Below, piece after piece: positions 11,414 through 23,157 of a stretch of DNA of 64,000 nt. Positions within the stretch are counted from its first letter, which is position 1. Each line of letters starts with the position of its first letter. Position numbers and translations under genes: made by a program. The notes beneath the pieces are model-generated. The model was not told the origin of the DNA. It searched no databases and was given only the letters and a program-made list of their open reading frames with translations. The DNA comes from Kofleriaceae bacterium (GTDB lineage Bacteria > Myxococcota_A > Polyangia > Haliangiales > Haliangiaceae), in NCBI GenBank assembly GCA_965215005.1, contig CBDCCZ010000044.1:96001-160000 (forward strand), given 5' to 3'.

Positions 11414-13084
11414 ATGGCAAAACGTTCCGGGCCGAGCATCTCGGTCAAGATGATTTTAACGTCGACCTTGCTCATCCTCCTGATCGTCGTTGGGTTTGGA
11501 GTCTTGAGCGTTGTGAACGTTCGCACCGTTTATGACGAGACCGCACGAGAGAAGATCGAGAGCTTTCGACAATCGCTTCAGCGCAAAGGTGAGACCACCA
11601 CCCAAGTCTTTTCACAGGCGGTGCTAAGTCATCTGATTGACAACCAGGATGACGAGATTCGTTCGCTCGTCGAGAAGACCGCCAAGCAAGATCCAGAGCT
11701 CACACTCATTTACGTCATCGACCGCACGCTCGGCGTGGTCACGCATTGCCAGGTGGTCCGCAAGGGGGATCAGGTATGCGATACGTCCGCCTTTGGCGAA
11801 GGTCATCCGCCGATCAAGGATGAGACCTGGACGCGCGTGACGGAGCTTTGGCAACAGCGAGTGAAAGATAGCGACTCCGAGGCGCTCGTCAGCTTCGACA
11901 TGAAGGGCAACCAATACTTTGCCTATCCGGTGTTCCTCGGCGGCGTGTCGCCAACCCCCGCGGCGTCACTCGCCGAGGATCCAGGCGACAATCGCCAGGG
12001 CTTCGTGGTGCTTGGCTACGATCTTTCGCCTGCCAACGAGTTCGCCGCTCAAAGTGAAAAGCAGAAAGCTGAAGCGTCGTATCAGGCGGCGCTTCGTACG
12101 GGCGCTGCCGGCGCCCTGTTCGTGCTCATCGGCACGTTATTGGCGATCTTTCAGGGTCTCAGCATCTCGAAACCCCTCAAGCTGCTGGCCTGGAAAGCGG
12201 ATCAAATCGCCCGCGGCGATTTAGAAGCACGGGTCGAGGTGAGCTCGACCGACGAAATCGGCCTGCTCGGCGAGAACTTCAACTTCATGGCCGACCAGCT
12301 GGTGGTGCTCCTGCATCAAACGGCAGAAAAGGCCCACATGGAGAAGGAGCTGGAGGTTGCTCGCACCATTCAAGAAACCCTGGTGCCGCCCAACGATCCA
12401 GTCGATCGAGGGTTCTTCAGATTCGCGGGCTACTTTCAACCGGCATCTCAGTGCGGTGGCGATTGGTGGACGTATCACGACCTTGTCAACGACAAGGTTT
12501 TGGTGGTCATCGGCGACGTCACCGGCCACGGTGTGCCCTCCGCAATGATTACTGCTACCGCGAAAGCCGCTTGTGATGTCGCTCGTTCCGTCAACGGCGA
12601 TGACGTCACCGTGACGACGCTGCTCGAAATCATGAACAACGCGATCTATCAGAGCGCAAAGCGCAAGTTCGTGATGACTTGCTTCGCCTCCATCATAGAT
12701 CCGAAAAAACGCACCATCACCTACGCGAACGCTGGCCACAACTTTCCCTACCTCTATCGTACGGGTGAAAGCGGACGTGGGGAATTTGGGTCGTTGATGA
12801 TCCGAGGTAATCGCTTAGGTGACCTAAAGGAATCTAAATACGAAGCGAAGACCACTGAACTGCTTCCCGGTGATACGCTCATCTGGTACACCGATGGGAT
12901 TGTCGAGTGCGAGAGCGTTACCGGAGAAGAGTATGGTGAAAAACGTTTCCGCTCTTCCATCCGTCGTGCCGCCCATCTCAACTCTGGGGAGCTGCGCGAT
13001 ACCGTGGTGAACGAAGCGATGAATTTCTACGGTGAAATGCCGCGCAAGGACGACATCACGATGGTCATTGGGAGGATCAGCTGA
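11414..13084 (+). CDS. Membrane PP2C/SpoIIE (RsbU-like) phosphatase with HAMP domain
   Basis: Two TM helices, HAMP (DEIGLLGENFNFM), ELEVARTIQ, GGDWW, GDVTGHG, NAGH, YTDG, DDIT. Confidence 0.93.
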   Translation: MAKRSGPSISVKMILTSTLLILLIVVGFGVLSVVNVRTVYDETAREKIESFRQSLQRKGETTTQVFSQAVLSHLIDNQDDEIRSLVEKTAKQDPELTLIYVIDRTLGVVTHCQVVRKGDQVCDTSAFGEGHPPIKDETWTRVTELWQQRVKDSDSEALVSFDMKGNQYFAYPVFLGGVSPTPAASLAEDPGDNRQGFVVLGYDLSPANEFAAQSEKQKAEASYQAALRTGAAGALFVLIGTLLAIFQGLSISKPLKLLAWKADQIARGDLEARVEVSSTDEIGLLGENFNFMADQLVVLLHQTAEKAHMEKELEVARTIQETLVPPNDPVDRGFFRFAGYFQPASQCGGDWWTYHDLVNDKVLVVIGDVTGHGVPSAMITATAKAACDVARSVNGDDVTVTTLLEIMNNAIYQSAKRKFVMTCFASIIDPKKRTITYANAGHNFPYLYRTGESGRGEFGSLMIRGNRLGDLKESKYEAKTTELLPGDTLIWYTDGIVECESVTGEEYGEKRFRSSIRRAAHLNSGELRDTVVNEAMNFYGEMPRKDDITMVIGRIS

Positions 13085-13085
13085 C

Positions 13086-15614
13086 ATGCGCGTGCCTATC
13101 CCCGTAAAGACTGTTCTGGCGGCGCTCGTCGCGCTTGGGCTGTTTGCCTCGTCGGCAGCAGCGCAGGTCGAAGAAGACCTCAACGAAGCCGACAAGTTGT
13201 TCGATAGTGGCGATCTCGAGAAGGCGGCGAAACGCTACGACAACGCCATTCGTCGCTATCCGGGTCAGGTCGCGGCCGCCGCCTATGGCAAGCGCGCGGC
13301 AATTTTCCTGATTCGGAAGGACTACCAGGGGTGCCTGAAGTTCGTCTCGTCGGTTGCTGAGCCGCAACATCCGGACTCGCCCGAAGTGCTCGAGCAGAAG
13401 GCGCTGTGTCTCTGGGCGCTCGGCTCTAAGCCGGATGCGGTAGCGGTCGCCGAGCAGGTGGTGAAGAAGAAGCCAACGACCTTCACCAATCAGAAGATCA
13501 TCGGTGAGTATTACGCTGCCCGTGAGCCGGAGAAAGCGGCAAGTGCGTTCGAAGCGTATCTGTCTAATCGACCTTCGGAGCTGGAGAAGGGCGATGTGTT
13601 GCCACGGATTCGCCTGGGCTTTTCTTATCTGCTCCTAGGCCAGCGCCTCGATCAGGACAACCTGGAGAAGGCGCAGGCGTTGTACAACCGAGCCGAGGAG
13701 CAGTTCGAGCTAGTGCTCAAGAAGCACCGCAGCCGGCAACACGCCGAGGTCAACGCGGAGAATGGCCTCTGCGCAGCCTATACGGTGCAGGAGAAGTTCG
13801 ACCGCGCGGTCACGCTATGCGAGCGCATTATCCAGGATCCGCGGAAAATCGACCGCAACGGCTCAGTCTGGTTCAATCTCGGCACCGCGTATCTCTTCAA
13901 GAAGCAGCCGCAGCGTGCGCGCACGGCGGGCAACGAATACATTCGGATGCGCCGCAGCGAGCCCAAGGGTTACGTCCTTGTGGGCGATGCGTACTATGCC
14001 GAGCGCGACTGGGCACGAGCCTTGGAAATGTATCTCCGTGCCGAGCAACTGGCCAAGCGAGAGGACGCAGTCGTCAAGCTGGCGAACAAGCTGGGGCAGA
14101 CCTACCGTCGGCTTGGGCAGCTCGATAAGGCAATCGCGAAGCTCGAGACCGCGGTCAAACGCAATCCCGCAAACCTCGGGCTCGCTGTCGAGCTCGGCGG
14201 GGCTTACTTGGAGACGCAGAAGGACGAGAAGGCGCAGGAGACGGTAGAGCGATGGATCCAGAGCGAGCGCTTCGCGGCCACCTCCGACAAGCAGAAGTCT
14301 GGGCTCCTGCTGATCGCCGCCCGCGCTGCGTACAACCGAGGGCAGGTAGCCGAAGCACGCCAGCGTTACGAGACCGCATACGGTATTCGCAAGCGCGACG
14401 TGTTGGTCCGCAACGGACTCGTCCAGACCATCAACATGGAGGCCTTCGAGCAATATCGTAAAGGCGACATGAAGGCGGCAGGCGAGCAGCTACAGGCGGC
14501 ACTGGCGGTATCTCCCAAAGACACGCGCACCAACCAAAATCTTGCCATCATGTCGATCGAAGAAGGCAACTGCGACCGCGCACGCGACTATCTTCAGGCG
14601 CTAAAGAACTCACGCGCAAATTCGCTGGTCTATCATCGACTCATGGGCCGTACTTATCTGTGCGGTCAGAAGGTCGATCAGAACTTGGCGTCTCGCCACT
14701 TTGCAGCGGCCGAGAAGCAGGCAGCCGACGCCAACTTGATGCGCGCGGAGATCTACATCGAGTGGGCGCCGCTGCTGATGCGCACCAACATCGAAGATGC
14801 AGTGGACAAGCTGCAGACGGCGGTGCAGTTTGCAGCTCGCACCCCCGGCGTGGGGGAGGCCGCCAAGCGCAACCTCGCGCTCGCGTTGTTCCGCCGTGGA
14901 TGGGGCTACATGCGCGAAGGTAAGAGCAGCCAAGCCGAGGCGGATTTCGAGCGCGCGGTGCGGGAGCCCCAGTTGCTGCGTGGCACCGAGCCGCTGGCAT
15001 TCGAGTTTTCTTACGCGCTCGCGCAGCTCGAGAATGGCAAGACGAGTGAAGCGGCAAAGATCTTCGGTCAGCTCGCGTCCAAAGGCGCCGCCAGTGCCTA
15101 TCTCAAGGATCCCTACGACAAGGTCGGCAACGAGTTCTTTGAAGCGTACGCAAAGTACCGCAGCGGGAACGTGGCACTGCGCCGCCAGGCGGCGACCGAC
15201 TTCGAGCGCCTCCAGCGGGTGGCCAAGGGTAAGTTCGCCGGCTCGATCCGTGATTTGGCGGCATCGGCTTGGGAGTACGTCGCGTTCGACGCGTACAGCT
15301 CGGGCAACGGCCGCGGTGCAACGGATGCGCTTCAGGGGGCGGCGCGCTCCGGTTCGGGGCGCGTCTCTCGCAGCATTTCACACAACCAGGCTGTGCTGCA
15401 GATGAGCGAGAAATCCTCGTCGTCCCTTCTGAGCCGCTTCCAGTCCATGGGCGACAACCCGCCCGAAGCCCTCGTCAACGCCGGCATCATGTATGACCGT
15501 GCCGGCCAGCCCAAGCAGGCTTATGATGCTTGGGTGCAGGCGCGCTCCAAGGGTGTGAAGTCGCGTGATCTACAGAAGTGGATTGCGGCCAAGCAGCGCA
15601 TCTTCGGCTACTGA
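13086..15614 (+). CDS. Exported TPR-repeat protein
   Basis: Signal peptide ([17 protein letters not shown]) after ATG 13086; TPR-like repeats throughout. Confidence 0.85.
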   Translation: MRVPIPVKTVLAALVALGLFASSAAAQVEEDLNEADKLFDSGDLEKAAKRYDNAIRRYPGQVAAAAYGKRAAIFLIRKDYQGCLKFVSSVAEPQHPDSPEVLEQKALCLWALGSKPDAVAVAEQVVKKKPTTFTNQKIIGEYYAAREPEKAASAFEAYLSNRPSELEKGDVLPRIRLGFSYLLLGQRLDQDNLEKAQALYNRAEEQFELVLKKHRSRQHAEVNAENGLCAAYTVQEKFDRAVTLCERIIQDPRKIDRNGSVWFNLGTAYLFKKQPQRARTAGNEYIRMRRSEPKGYVLVGDAYYAERDWARALEMYLRAEQLAKREDAVVKLANKLGQTYRRLGQLDKAIAKLETAVKRNPANLGLAVELGGAYLETQKDEKAQETVERWIQSERFAATSDKQKSGLLLIAARAAYNRGQVAEARQRYETAYGIRKRDVLVRNGLVQTINMEAFEQYRKGDMKAAGEQLQAALAVSPKDTRTNQNLAIMSIEEGNCDRARDYLQALKNSRANSLVYHRLMGRTYLCGQKVDQNLASRHFAAAEKQAADANLMRAEIYIEWAPLLMRTNIEDAVDKLQTAVQFAARTPGVGEAAKRNLALALFRRGWGYMREGKSSQAEADFERAVREPQLLRGTEPLAFEFSYALAQLENGKTSEAAKIFGQLASKGAASAYLKDPYDKVGNEFFEAYAKYRSGNVALRRQAATDFERLQRVAKGKFAGSIRDLAASAWEYVAFDAYSSGNGRGATDALQGAARSGSGRVSRSISHNQAVLQMSEKSSSSLLSRFQSMGDNPPEALVNAGIMYDRAGQPKQAYDAWVQARSKGVKSRDLQKWIAAKQRIFGY

Positions 15615-15638
15615 GACAAGGCGCAAGGGAAACCGTCC

Positions 15639-16565
15639 ATGAACAATAGGTTGGGAATTGGAATCGGCATCGCTGCGTTGGCCGCTTTGGCGATGATTTC
15701 GCTGGCGCGACGCGGCGAGAGCCAAGCGGCCTCTGGCGGGCTGGTGGTTGCCATGTACGCACCCACCGCAGGGTTCAGCACCTCTGCTGAGCGCCTGCAG
15801 TACCTGCAAGGACTGGCGCGAGCGATCGAAGGCAAGGTGGGCAGCAAGGTCGATGGGCGGGTGTATTCGAGCTTGAGCCAGCTGCGCAAGGCGCGGCCGG
15901 ACTTCGCGATCATTCCCGGGCAGTGCTATGCGACGAATCGCGGTTGGACGTTGCTGGCGAATGCCCAGATTCGCGGCAGTGTGGAGCGTCCGTGGGCACT
16001 GTATTCGAGCGCTGGCTCCAGCATGCAGGCGCTGCGTGGCAAGAAGCTGGCCTACGTGCAGACCGGCTGCCGCGACGGCGAGTTCATCGAGAATGCGATG
16101 CTGGAGTCCGAGGTCGACATCAGCTTTTTCGCGGGGCGCGTCGGCAAGTCCGATATTGGTGGTGCGGTCGCGGAGGTCGCCTCCTACAAAGGTGCAGACG
16201 CGGTGTTCGCGCCGGTGGGGATGCAAAAGGGTTTGGCGAAGGTGTTCGACACCGGCGATGTCGCCAATCCCGCGTTCGTACAGGCGAACTCGGATCTTTC
16301 GGGCCAGACAGTGGCCGCGGTGCGCAGCGCCGTGGTTGGCTACGGCGGTGGCGGCGCCATCGACGGCTGGGCTGGCGCTGATGAGAGGCCATTTCGAGTG
16401 CTCACCGGGCGGATGAGCAAGCGCGTGAAGCAGGGCGAGTTTGCAGATCCCACGCCGGTTCGTGTCGATGCGCGGGACGTGCTCGTGCCGCCGTCGACTC
16501 TCGACGAAACCGCGCTGCCGACGGTCGGGCAGCATTTCGACCGTCCGCCGGAGCGACAACAGTAG
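15639..16565 (+). CDS. Probable periplasmic binding protein (phosphonate/PhnD-like fold)
   Basis: N-terminal hydrophobic signal; [12 protein letters not shown] and ADAVF segments typical of type-2 binding proteins. Confidence 0.6.
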   Translation: MNNRLGIGIGIAALAALAMISLARRGESQAASGGLVVAMYAPTAGFSTSAERLQYLQGLARAIEGKVGSKVDGRVYSSLSQLRKARPDFAIIPGQCYATNRGWTLLANAQIRGSVERPWALYSSAGSSMQALRGKKLAYVQTGCRDGEFIENAMLESEVDISFFAGRVGKSDIGGAVAEVASYKGADAVFAPVGMQKGLAKVFDTGDVANPAFVQANSDLSGQTVAAVRSAVVGYGGGGAIDGWAGADERPFRVLTGRMSKRVKQGEFADPTPVRVDARDVLVPPSTLDETALPTVGQHFDRPPERQQ

Positions 16566-16575
16566 AGAATGAAAC

Positions 16576-17079
16576 ATGGCCACATCGAGGGCACAGGTGG
16601 AGTCGGTTGCGCTGTCTTGGCGCATCAAGGAGCGGCCGGGATTCACGACGGTGGAGTTCTTCGGCGAAATCGATGAGAACGCCGATTTCGCCGAGCTTCG
16701 GCGGCGGCTGAAGGGAGCGGTGGTGTTCCATCTGGCGGAGGTTCGGCGGATCAATTCGTGCGGCGTTCGCGAATGGGTGAACTTCGTGCGCGACTTGCCA
16801 AACGTCTCCGACCTCACCTTCACGCATTGCTCGCCGGCAATCGTGACCCAATTGAACATGATTTATAACTTCCGAGGTCGCGCCAAGGTTCGGTCGTTCT
16901 ACGCGCCGTACATCTGCGAGGCTTGCGGTCACGAAGACGAGAAGCTCATCGACGTCCAGTCGCAATTCCCGAGTGGGCCCACCGAGGAGGTCCCGGAGTT
17001 TCGCTGCGAACAGTGCGGTGAATTGATGGAGTTTGACGATCTCCCGGAGCGCTATCTTTCTTTCTTATCGGAAGCGTAA
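16576..17079 (+). CDS. Soluble STAS-like domain + zinc ribbon (paralog of 9613..10488)
   Basis: FFGEIDE...[19 protein letters not shown]...CEQC. Confidence 0.8.
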   Translation: MATSRAQVESVALSWRIKERPGFTTVEFFGEIDENADFAELRRRLKGAVVFHLAEVRRINSCGVREWVNFVRDLPNVSDLTFTHCSPAIVTQLNMIYNFRGRAKVRSFYAPYICEACGHEDEKLIDVQSQFPSGPTEEVPEFRCEQCGELMEFDDLPERYLSFLSEA

Positions 17080-17082
17080 GAC

Positions 17083-18426
17083 GTGGCTGGAGTCATAGAG
17101 CTCGCTAAACAGCTTCTGGAGGGCAGCGTCGATGCGGCGGTGATCCTCAACGAGGACCGGCGGATCCTCTATTATAACCGTGCTTACGAGGCGCTCTCGG
17201 GTCTCCGCGGTCGGCAGCTTCAGCAGCGAGTCCGCGCCGGCGTGCACTGCTATGAAATCTTTCCGCTCGAGATCTGCAAGACCGACTGCATAGGATGCAA
17301 GGCGCGCGACGTGTCACGAGCGCTGCGCATGGACGAGATCAAGGCGATACGCGGCGCTGATGGCGAGGAGCTCACGGTCATCGTGAGCGCGGTGCCCATT
17401 GCCACGGCCGATGAGCTCGTCATCGTCGAGACCTACCGCGACGTGACTGCCGATGTCCGCATTCAGCGGCGCCTCAAAGTGCTGCTCGAGCGCGAGCGAG
17501 CTGCCAAGGAGAATCTCGAAGACCAGGTGCGGAACCGTACCAAGGAGCTGCGGCAGGCGCAGGCGCAGCTGGTGCATCAGGAAAAGATGTCGTCTCTTGG
17601 TCGCCTCGTTGCGGGCATCGCACACGAGCTGAATAACCCGATCAACTTCGTTTACGGCAACGTCGATTTTCTTGGCCAATACATGGAAGATCTGCTGTCA
17701 CTGGTGCGGCACCTCGAAACGGTCGAGCTATCGCCGGAGCTCCGCGCCCAGCTCGAAACCATGAAGTCCGAGATCGAGTTCGACTTTCTAGTTGAAGACT
17801 CACGCAAGCTCATCCGCTCGATTCGCTCGGGCGCCGAACGCACCGCCAGCATCGTTCAAGACCTGAAGACCTTCTCGCGAACCGGGGGCGGCGAGCTGCA
17901 AGAGGCAGACATCGCGGCCGGCATCGAGACCACGCTCAACCTGATCGCGCCGCTACTCAAGAACCGAGTCACCGTAGAGCGGCATATCGCCAGCAACTTG
18001 CCAAAGATGGTGTGCAACGCTGGTCATATCAATCAGGTGTTCATGAACATCCTCACCAACGCGGCGCAGGCGATCGTGGGCGAGGGTTTTATTCGCGTCA
18101 GCATCGAGTCGATCGACGAGGGCCAATCCATTCGAGTGGTGATTTCTGACGACGGTCCTGGAATACCCGCAGACCACATGGAAAAAATCACCGATCCCTT
18201 CTTCACTACCAAAGACGTTGGTGAGGGTACCGGGCTCGGATTGTGGATTTCAGAGAACATCGTGCGCGCTCACGGCGGCCGCCTCGAATGCATCAGTGCG
18301 CCGCATCGAGGTGCCACCTTCACCGTAACGCTTCCGGTTCGCGCCCCGGAATCAGCGCGCGACGGTCTGGCGCTCAACGCTCGCCGTCCGACGTTGACCG
18401 CCGCGGAGAGTCCCCCTCGTGCATGA
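17083..18426 (+). CDS. Cytoplasmic PAS sensor histidine kinase (NtrB-like)
   Basis: PAS, H-box [10 protein letters not shown]-box [27 protein letters not shown]. Confidence 0.95.
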   Translation: MAGVIELAKQLLEGSVDAAVILNEDRRILYYNRAYEALSGLRGRQLQQRVRAGVHCYEIFPLEICKTDCIGCKARDVSRALRMDEIKAIRGADGEELTVIVSAVPIATADELVIVETYRDVTADVRIQRRLKVLLERERAAKENLEDQVRNRTKELRQAQAQLVHQEKMSSLGRLVAGIAHELNNPINFVYGNVDFLGQYMEDLLSLVRHLETVELSPELRAQLETMKSEIEFDFLVEDSRKLIRSIRSGAERTASIVQDLKTFSRTGGGELQEADIAAGIETTLNLIAPLLKNRVTVERHIASNLPKMVCNAGHINQVFMNILTNAAQAIVGEGFIRVSIESIDEGQSIRVVISDDGPGIPADHMEKITDPFFTTKDVGEGTGLGLWISENIVRAHGGRLECISAPHRGATFTVTLPVRAPESARDGLALNARRPTLTAAESPPRA

Positions 18427-18814
18427 AGCCGATCAACGACCTTGCTTGTTGGTGGTGGATGACGAACCGCTGAATCGTGAGCTCTTGCGGCGGGTGCTGC
18501 GCGAGTATCGAATCGAGGAAGCGGAGGATGCCACCGCCGCTATGCAGGTTCTCGAGCGATCAGCGGCGCACGTGCGCCTGATACTCTGCGATCAGCTGAT
18601 GCCAGGCCTCAGTGGCACGCAGCTCGCGGAACGGGTGCGTGACCGTTGGCCCGACATCTCCTTCATGCTCCTAACCGGCTACGACGATGATCCGGCCGTC
18701 AAGAGCGCTCACGAGCGGGGTCTAGTGTGTGACGTCATCGCCAAACCGTGGCGCGGCTCGGCGCTCAAAGAGCTCATCGCCGATACCCTCGAGGCGACCA
18801 TTTCGAGGCAGTGA
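18419..18814 (+). CDS. Single-domain response regulator
   Basis: LVVDDE, CDQLMP, LLTG, AKPW; overlaps the kinase stop. Confidence 0.92.
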   Translation: MHEADQRPCLLVVDDEPLNRELLRRVLREYRIEEAEDATAAMQVLERSAAHVRLILCDQLMPGLSGTQLAERVRDRWPDISFMLLTGYDDDPAVKSAHERGLVCDVIAKPWRGSALKELIADTLEATISRQ

Positions 18815-18837
18815 CGTGTGCGAGCCGCCGGCAGGCG

Positions 18838-19860
18838 CTACTCGGCTGGCTGCGGCCACGGGAGCCAAGCAGCGACGCTCGCGTTGGCAATGACGAGCCT
18901 AGGCGCCGTGGTGCGAGGACCATCCAGCTCTGCGCGATAGAGCGCGGGAGCGCCATCGTGGTCGCGGCCGAGCAAGGCGTATTTGCCATCGGGCGACAAC
19001 GTCACGGCTCGATAGCCGCTCCAGCACTTGAACTCGCCGCCGACCGCGCGAACGATGCACGCGGCATCGGGTTCGGCCAACAGCAGCCACTCGGAATCGA
19101 GCGACCACTCCAGCGGCGTTGCGGCGCGGTTCAAGCGGCGTAGCGCGGCTGTGCCATCGAGGCGGAACGTAAACAACGTGCCATTGCCGAGCTCCTGCGC
19201 GCGGTGGTTCTTCTCCTTGCCATCGGCTTCCAGAGCGTCGTTCTTATCGCGATAGAGGCCGACGGCGCGCGCACCGCTTGGGGCGACGAGGAGCTCGGAG
19301 CTGGGGCTATGGGGCGCCAGCGTGCGCTTAGAGCGCATGCTCGGCAGGGTTACGGCCCTAATACCGCGCTTGGTCGCGATGGCCAGTTCCGTGGGGGAGA
19401 GGAAGCCGAGCTGCTCGACGGTGCCGAAGCCGGCAGGAACGGCTCGCTCGACGGCGCGTTGCGCGCGGTTTAGCGCGATGAGCTCGAGCGTGCCAGAATC
19501 GGTGACGCACACGACGCAGCTGCCATCGGGTGCCAGGTGCGGCCTGCTGATGCATTTGAGAGGACGCGGCACGCGAACCTCGGTGGCCGAAGGGCGAAGC
19601 CAGTAGAACGCGCCGCCAGCATCGAGCAGCAAGACCGCGCCGTTGTCGCTGGCTTCGATAGCGCGCAGATTCGCGGCGGTGACGCCCTCTGGAAGCGTGG
19701 CAATAGGAGCTTCGGCGCCGTCGCGCTCGGCAGATTCGACGCGGAACAAGCCGCTATCGCGAGCGAACACGATGGCGGTTTTTGCGCCGTCCTCGGCTCG
19801 CGCAGAGCCCGTTAGCGAGAGAAGCGCGGCGGTGAGTAACGCAGAAGCAACAGCACGCAT
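18838..19860 (-). CDS. Exported TolB/WD40-like beta-propeller protein
   Basis: Signal peptide; LAPDG, WSLDS and LSPDGK repeats. Confidence 0.6.
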   Translation of the reverse strand: MRAVASALLTAALLSLTGSARAEDGAKTAIVFARDSGLFRVESAERDGAEAPIATLPEGVTAANLRAIEASDNGAVLLLDAGGAFYWLRPSATEVRVPRPLKCISRPHLAPDGSCVVCVTDSGTLELIALNRAQRAVERAVPAGFGTVEQLGFLSPTELAIATKRGIRAVTLPSMRSKRTLAPHSPSSELLVAPSGARAVGLYRDKNDALEADGKEKNHRAQELGNGTLFTFRLDGTAALRRLNRAATPLEWSLDSEWLLLAEPDAACIVRAVGGEFKCWSGYRAVTLSPDGKYALLGRDHDGAPALYRAELDGPRTTAPRLVIANASVAAWLPWPQPAE

Positions 19861-19917
19861 GGCGAGGGCATACGACGGCCGGCGGGCGCCGGGCAAGCAC
19901 GGAAACGTTGGCTTCGG

Positions 19918-20076
19918 CTACACGTCGGTCTTGCCGATGCTCTGCTTGGAGTCGTCGGGCACCGGCGCCGTCCTGGCCGCCGCCTCACGCCGCTCGCTGT
20001 AGCGGTCGACGAGAAACTCGCGGAGATCGTCTTCGAGGCTGGGTGCCTTCACTGGATTTCCGTCGTGATGACTCAT
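19918..20076 (-). CDS. Possible 52-aa small protein
   Basis: ATG overlaps the arsC stop (ATGA); reads [26 protein letters not shown]... Confidence 0.35.
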   Translation of the reverse strand: MSHHDGNPVKAPSLEDDLREFLVDRYSERREAAARTAPVPDDSKQSIGKTDV

Positions 20077-20501
20077 GCGAGGTTCCGCTGCGCCGCGAGC
20101 ACGTCTAGGCGGGCGCGCAGCTGGTCGCGCGCCACTCGGAAGTGGTGCAGGCGTTGCTCGTGGGTGAGCTGCTGGTGCTTGCGGTCGGGGTCCTGGAGTG
20201 GCCAGTGCATCCGCGGCGCATTCGAGAGGAATACCGGGCAGGCTTCTTCGGCGCAGAGGGTGATGACGAGGTCGACGCTGGCGGGGTCGATGCTCTGTAC
20301 CGACTTCGAGGTGTGTGCTCGCAAATCGATGCCGAGCTCGTTCATCACCTCGATGGCGAGCGGATTTACATTCGAGGGCGACGAGCCAGCCGACTGCACG
20401 CGCACCGCATCGCCGAAGAGGTGGCGGGCGAGGCCTTCGGCCATTTGCGAGCGCGCCGAGTTGGCCACGCACAGAAACAGGATCGAATCGTAGTGAGTCA
20501 T
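20073..20501 (-). CDS. arsC: Arsenate reductase, LMW-PTPase family
   Basis: [16 protein letters not shown]-loop, ITLC...ACP, HWPLQDP; directly downstream of acr3. Confidence 0.9.
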   Translation of the reverse strand: MTHYDSILFLCVANSARSQMAEGLARHLFGDAVRVQSAGSSPSNVNPLAIEVMNELGIDLRAHTSKSVQSIDPASVDLVITLCAEEACPVFLSNAPRMHWPLQDPDRKHQQLTHEQRLHHFRVARDQLRARLDVLAAQRNLA

Positions 20502-20510
20502 GGCAGCCCC

Positions 20511-21548
<1,038 letters not shown>

Positions 21549-21566
21549 GATGAAGCCTCGGCGAGC

Positions 21567-21584
21567 AATCGTCAGAATGTGATT
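21567..21584. promoter_or_regulatory. Candidate repressor operator 1 upstream of acr3
   Basis: AATCGTCAGAATGTGATT (AATC-N10-GATT), 18 bp upstream of the acr3 start. Confidence 0.45.
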
Positions 21585-21718
21585 TAGCGATGACAGCTGG
21601 GTCGGCGCAGGCTAAACGAGACGTTGTGCAATCCGCACGCTGCGAATAGGCAACGGCGGCCTCGCAACAGCACCGCTTGACCGTGCCGGAGAACCCAACT
21701 TGTAAGGCCGGCTCTTTC

Positions 21719-21738
21719 TAATCGTCGATATACGATTA
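21719..21738. promoter_or_regulatory. Candidate repressor operator 2 upstream of acr3
   Basis: TAATCGT-cgatat-ACGATTA perfect 7-bp inverted repeat in an AT-rich patch; same core as site 1. Confidence 0.5.
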
Positions 21739-21915
21739 ATGAGCTGTGGTCGTCAAGGCGGATGGAGGACGCTGCGGCAAGGCGCGCTCAGGCCCAGCCG
21801 CTGCTCTGGGCGGGGACCACGCACAACCAAGCCCGGCGCCGAGCAAGCGCGGGCTCGAACGCGCGGCCTCGAACGCGATTGCGATTCGCACTCTATGGCG
21901 GGCGCGGCGACTCGC

Positions 21916-23124
21916 TCAGCTGACCGACTGCGCCAGTCGCTCGGGCTCGCTGCGGAGCGAGCTGATGTAACGGCCGCGACCGCCAAGGTCGAGCAGCAGC
22001 ACGGGACCAAAGCGCGGGCAGTGGACCTCGAGGGTGCGTAGCTCGGCACTCACGGTGGTGGCCTTCTGTTCGAAGACCGGCCGCGACAGTGGGGTGCCGT
22101 CGATGAAGACCTCGCTGAGGAACTCTAACGGTGCGATGAACTCGGCGCCATTCTCATGAATGCGATCGCGGACCACCCCGGGAAGCTCGCCGCGGCGCAC
22201 AACCGCGTCGAAATCACGTTTTCCCAAGGCTGCTGCGACGTCGAGATCGAACCGCTCAGCGGGAAAGATGAGGAGCAGCCGATTTCCCAGCTCCGTGTAG
22301 GTCAGGGGCGGGCCGCTGGGCGCGGGCTCGGCGACTTCTGGCGCGGGCTTGGCCTCTTTGGCCGCAGTCTTGGAAGCCGGTGCGGCGGCGCTCGGCGGCG
22401 GTTTGCGGCCCCCGCTCGGCGCTCCGGGAATCAGCGAGAAGCGCTCGATCGCGGCGATCGCTTGCTTCATCTCGAGCGACGTTCGCACATCCCAGGTGCC
22501 ATCGGCTTCGAGGCAGTCTACGACCAGAAAATCGCCATGGCGCTCGAGCTTGACAGAACCGAGGTTGGCCAGGATTTCGGCCTCGGTTAGCTCCTCGAGT
22601 CGTTTCTCGTAGGCTGCAATCTTGGCCTCGAATTCGGGCTGCGTGAGGCGGTTTGCGCGCTTCTTGCCGTCGATGTCCAGGGTTGGATCGAGCACCCAGG
22701 GCAACAGGCAGATCGCTCGTAAGTCGACCGCCGAGCGTGCGGCGATGACCGCGTCGGCAACGCCGCCGGGCAGGCTGATGCGCCCCATCCGCACCGGCGC
22801 GCTGTCGCATATGCCGAGCAGCCGCTCTTTCTCGGGGCGCAGGTCGAGCTGCACGACGTAGCCGGACTCTGGATCTTCGAAAAGCGGGCCACTCGAGTCG
22901 TCGAAGATGAGCAGGCGCCGCTCGCCGCGCCGACGAAACGGCATGGAAGGCGATAGCTGCATCTCCAGCATCGGATCCTGCATATCGGGGTCGAGGATCT
23001 TGCGCCCGGCCGCCACGTCTTGGCCGCCAAGGGCCTCGAGCAGGACTTCGGGATCGATCTCGGCGCCCGTGTCGAAGATGAGGTCGAGGAGCAGACTGTC
23101 GAATAGACTATCGAGCGACACCAT
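21916..23124 (-). CDS. Hypothetical acidic cytoplasmic protein, two domains joined by a Pro/Ala linker
   Basis: 402-aa ORF, codirectional with the upstream genes; no family recognised. Confidence 0.75.
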   Translation of the reverse strand: MVSLDSLFDSLLLDLIFDTGAEIDPEVLLEALGGQDVAAGRKILDPDMQDPMLEMQLSPSMPFRRRGERRLLIFDDSSGPLFEDPESGYVVQLDLRPEKERLLGICDSAPVRMGRISLPGGVADAVIAARSAVDLRAICLLPWVLDPTLDIDGKKRANRLTQPEFEAKIAAYEKRLEELTEAEILANLGSVKLERHGDFLVVDCLEADGTWDVRTSLEMKQAIAAIERFSLIPGAPSGGRKPPPSAAAPASKTAAKEAKPAPEVAEPAPSGPPLTYTELGNRLLLIFPAERFDLDVAAALGKRDFDAVVRRGELPGVVRDRIHENGAEFIAPLEFLSEVFIDGTPLSRPVFEQKATTVSAELRTLEVHCPRFGPVLLLDLGGRGRYISSLRSEPERLAQSVS

Positions 23125-23157
23125 GGGTCTGGGCGTTTTACAAGCAGCCGCAGGGCA

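Noticed and set aside
15570..16859. 429-aa minus-strand ORF
   Set aside because: Antisense to the binding-protein and STAS genes, with no recognisable motifs.
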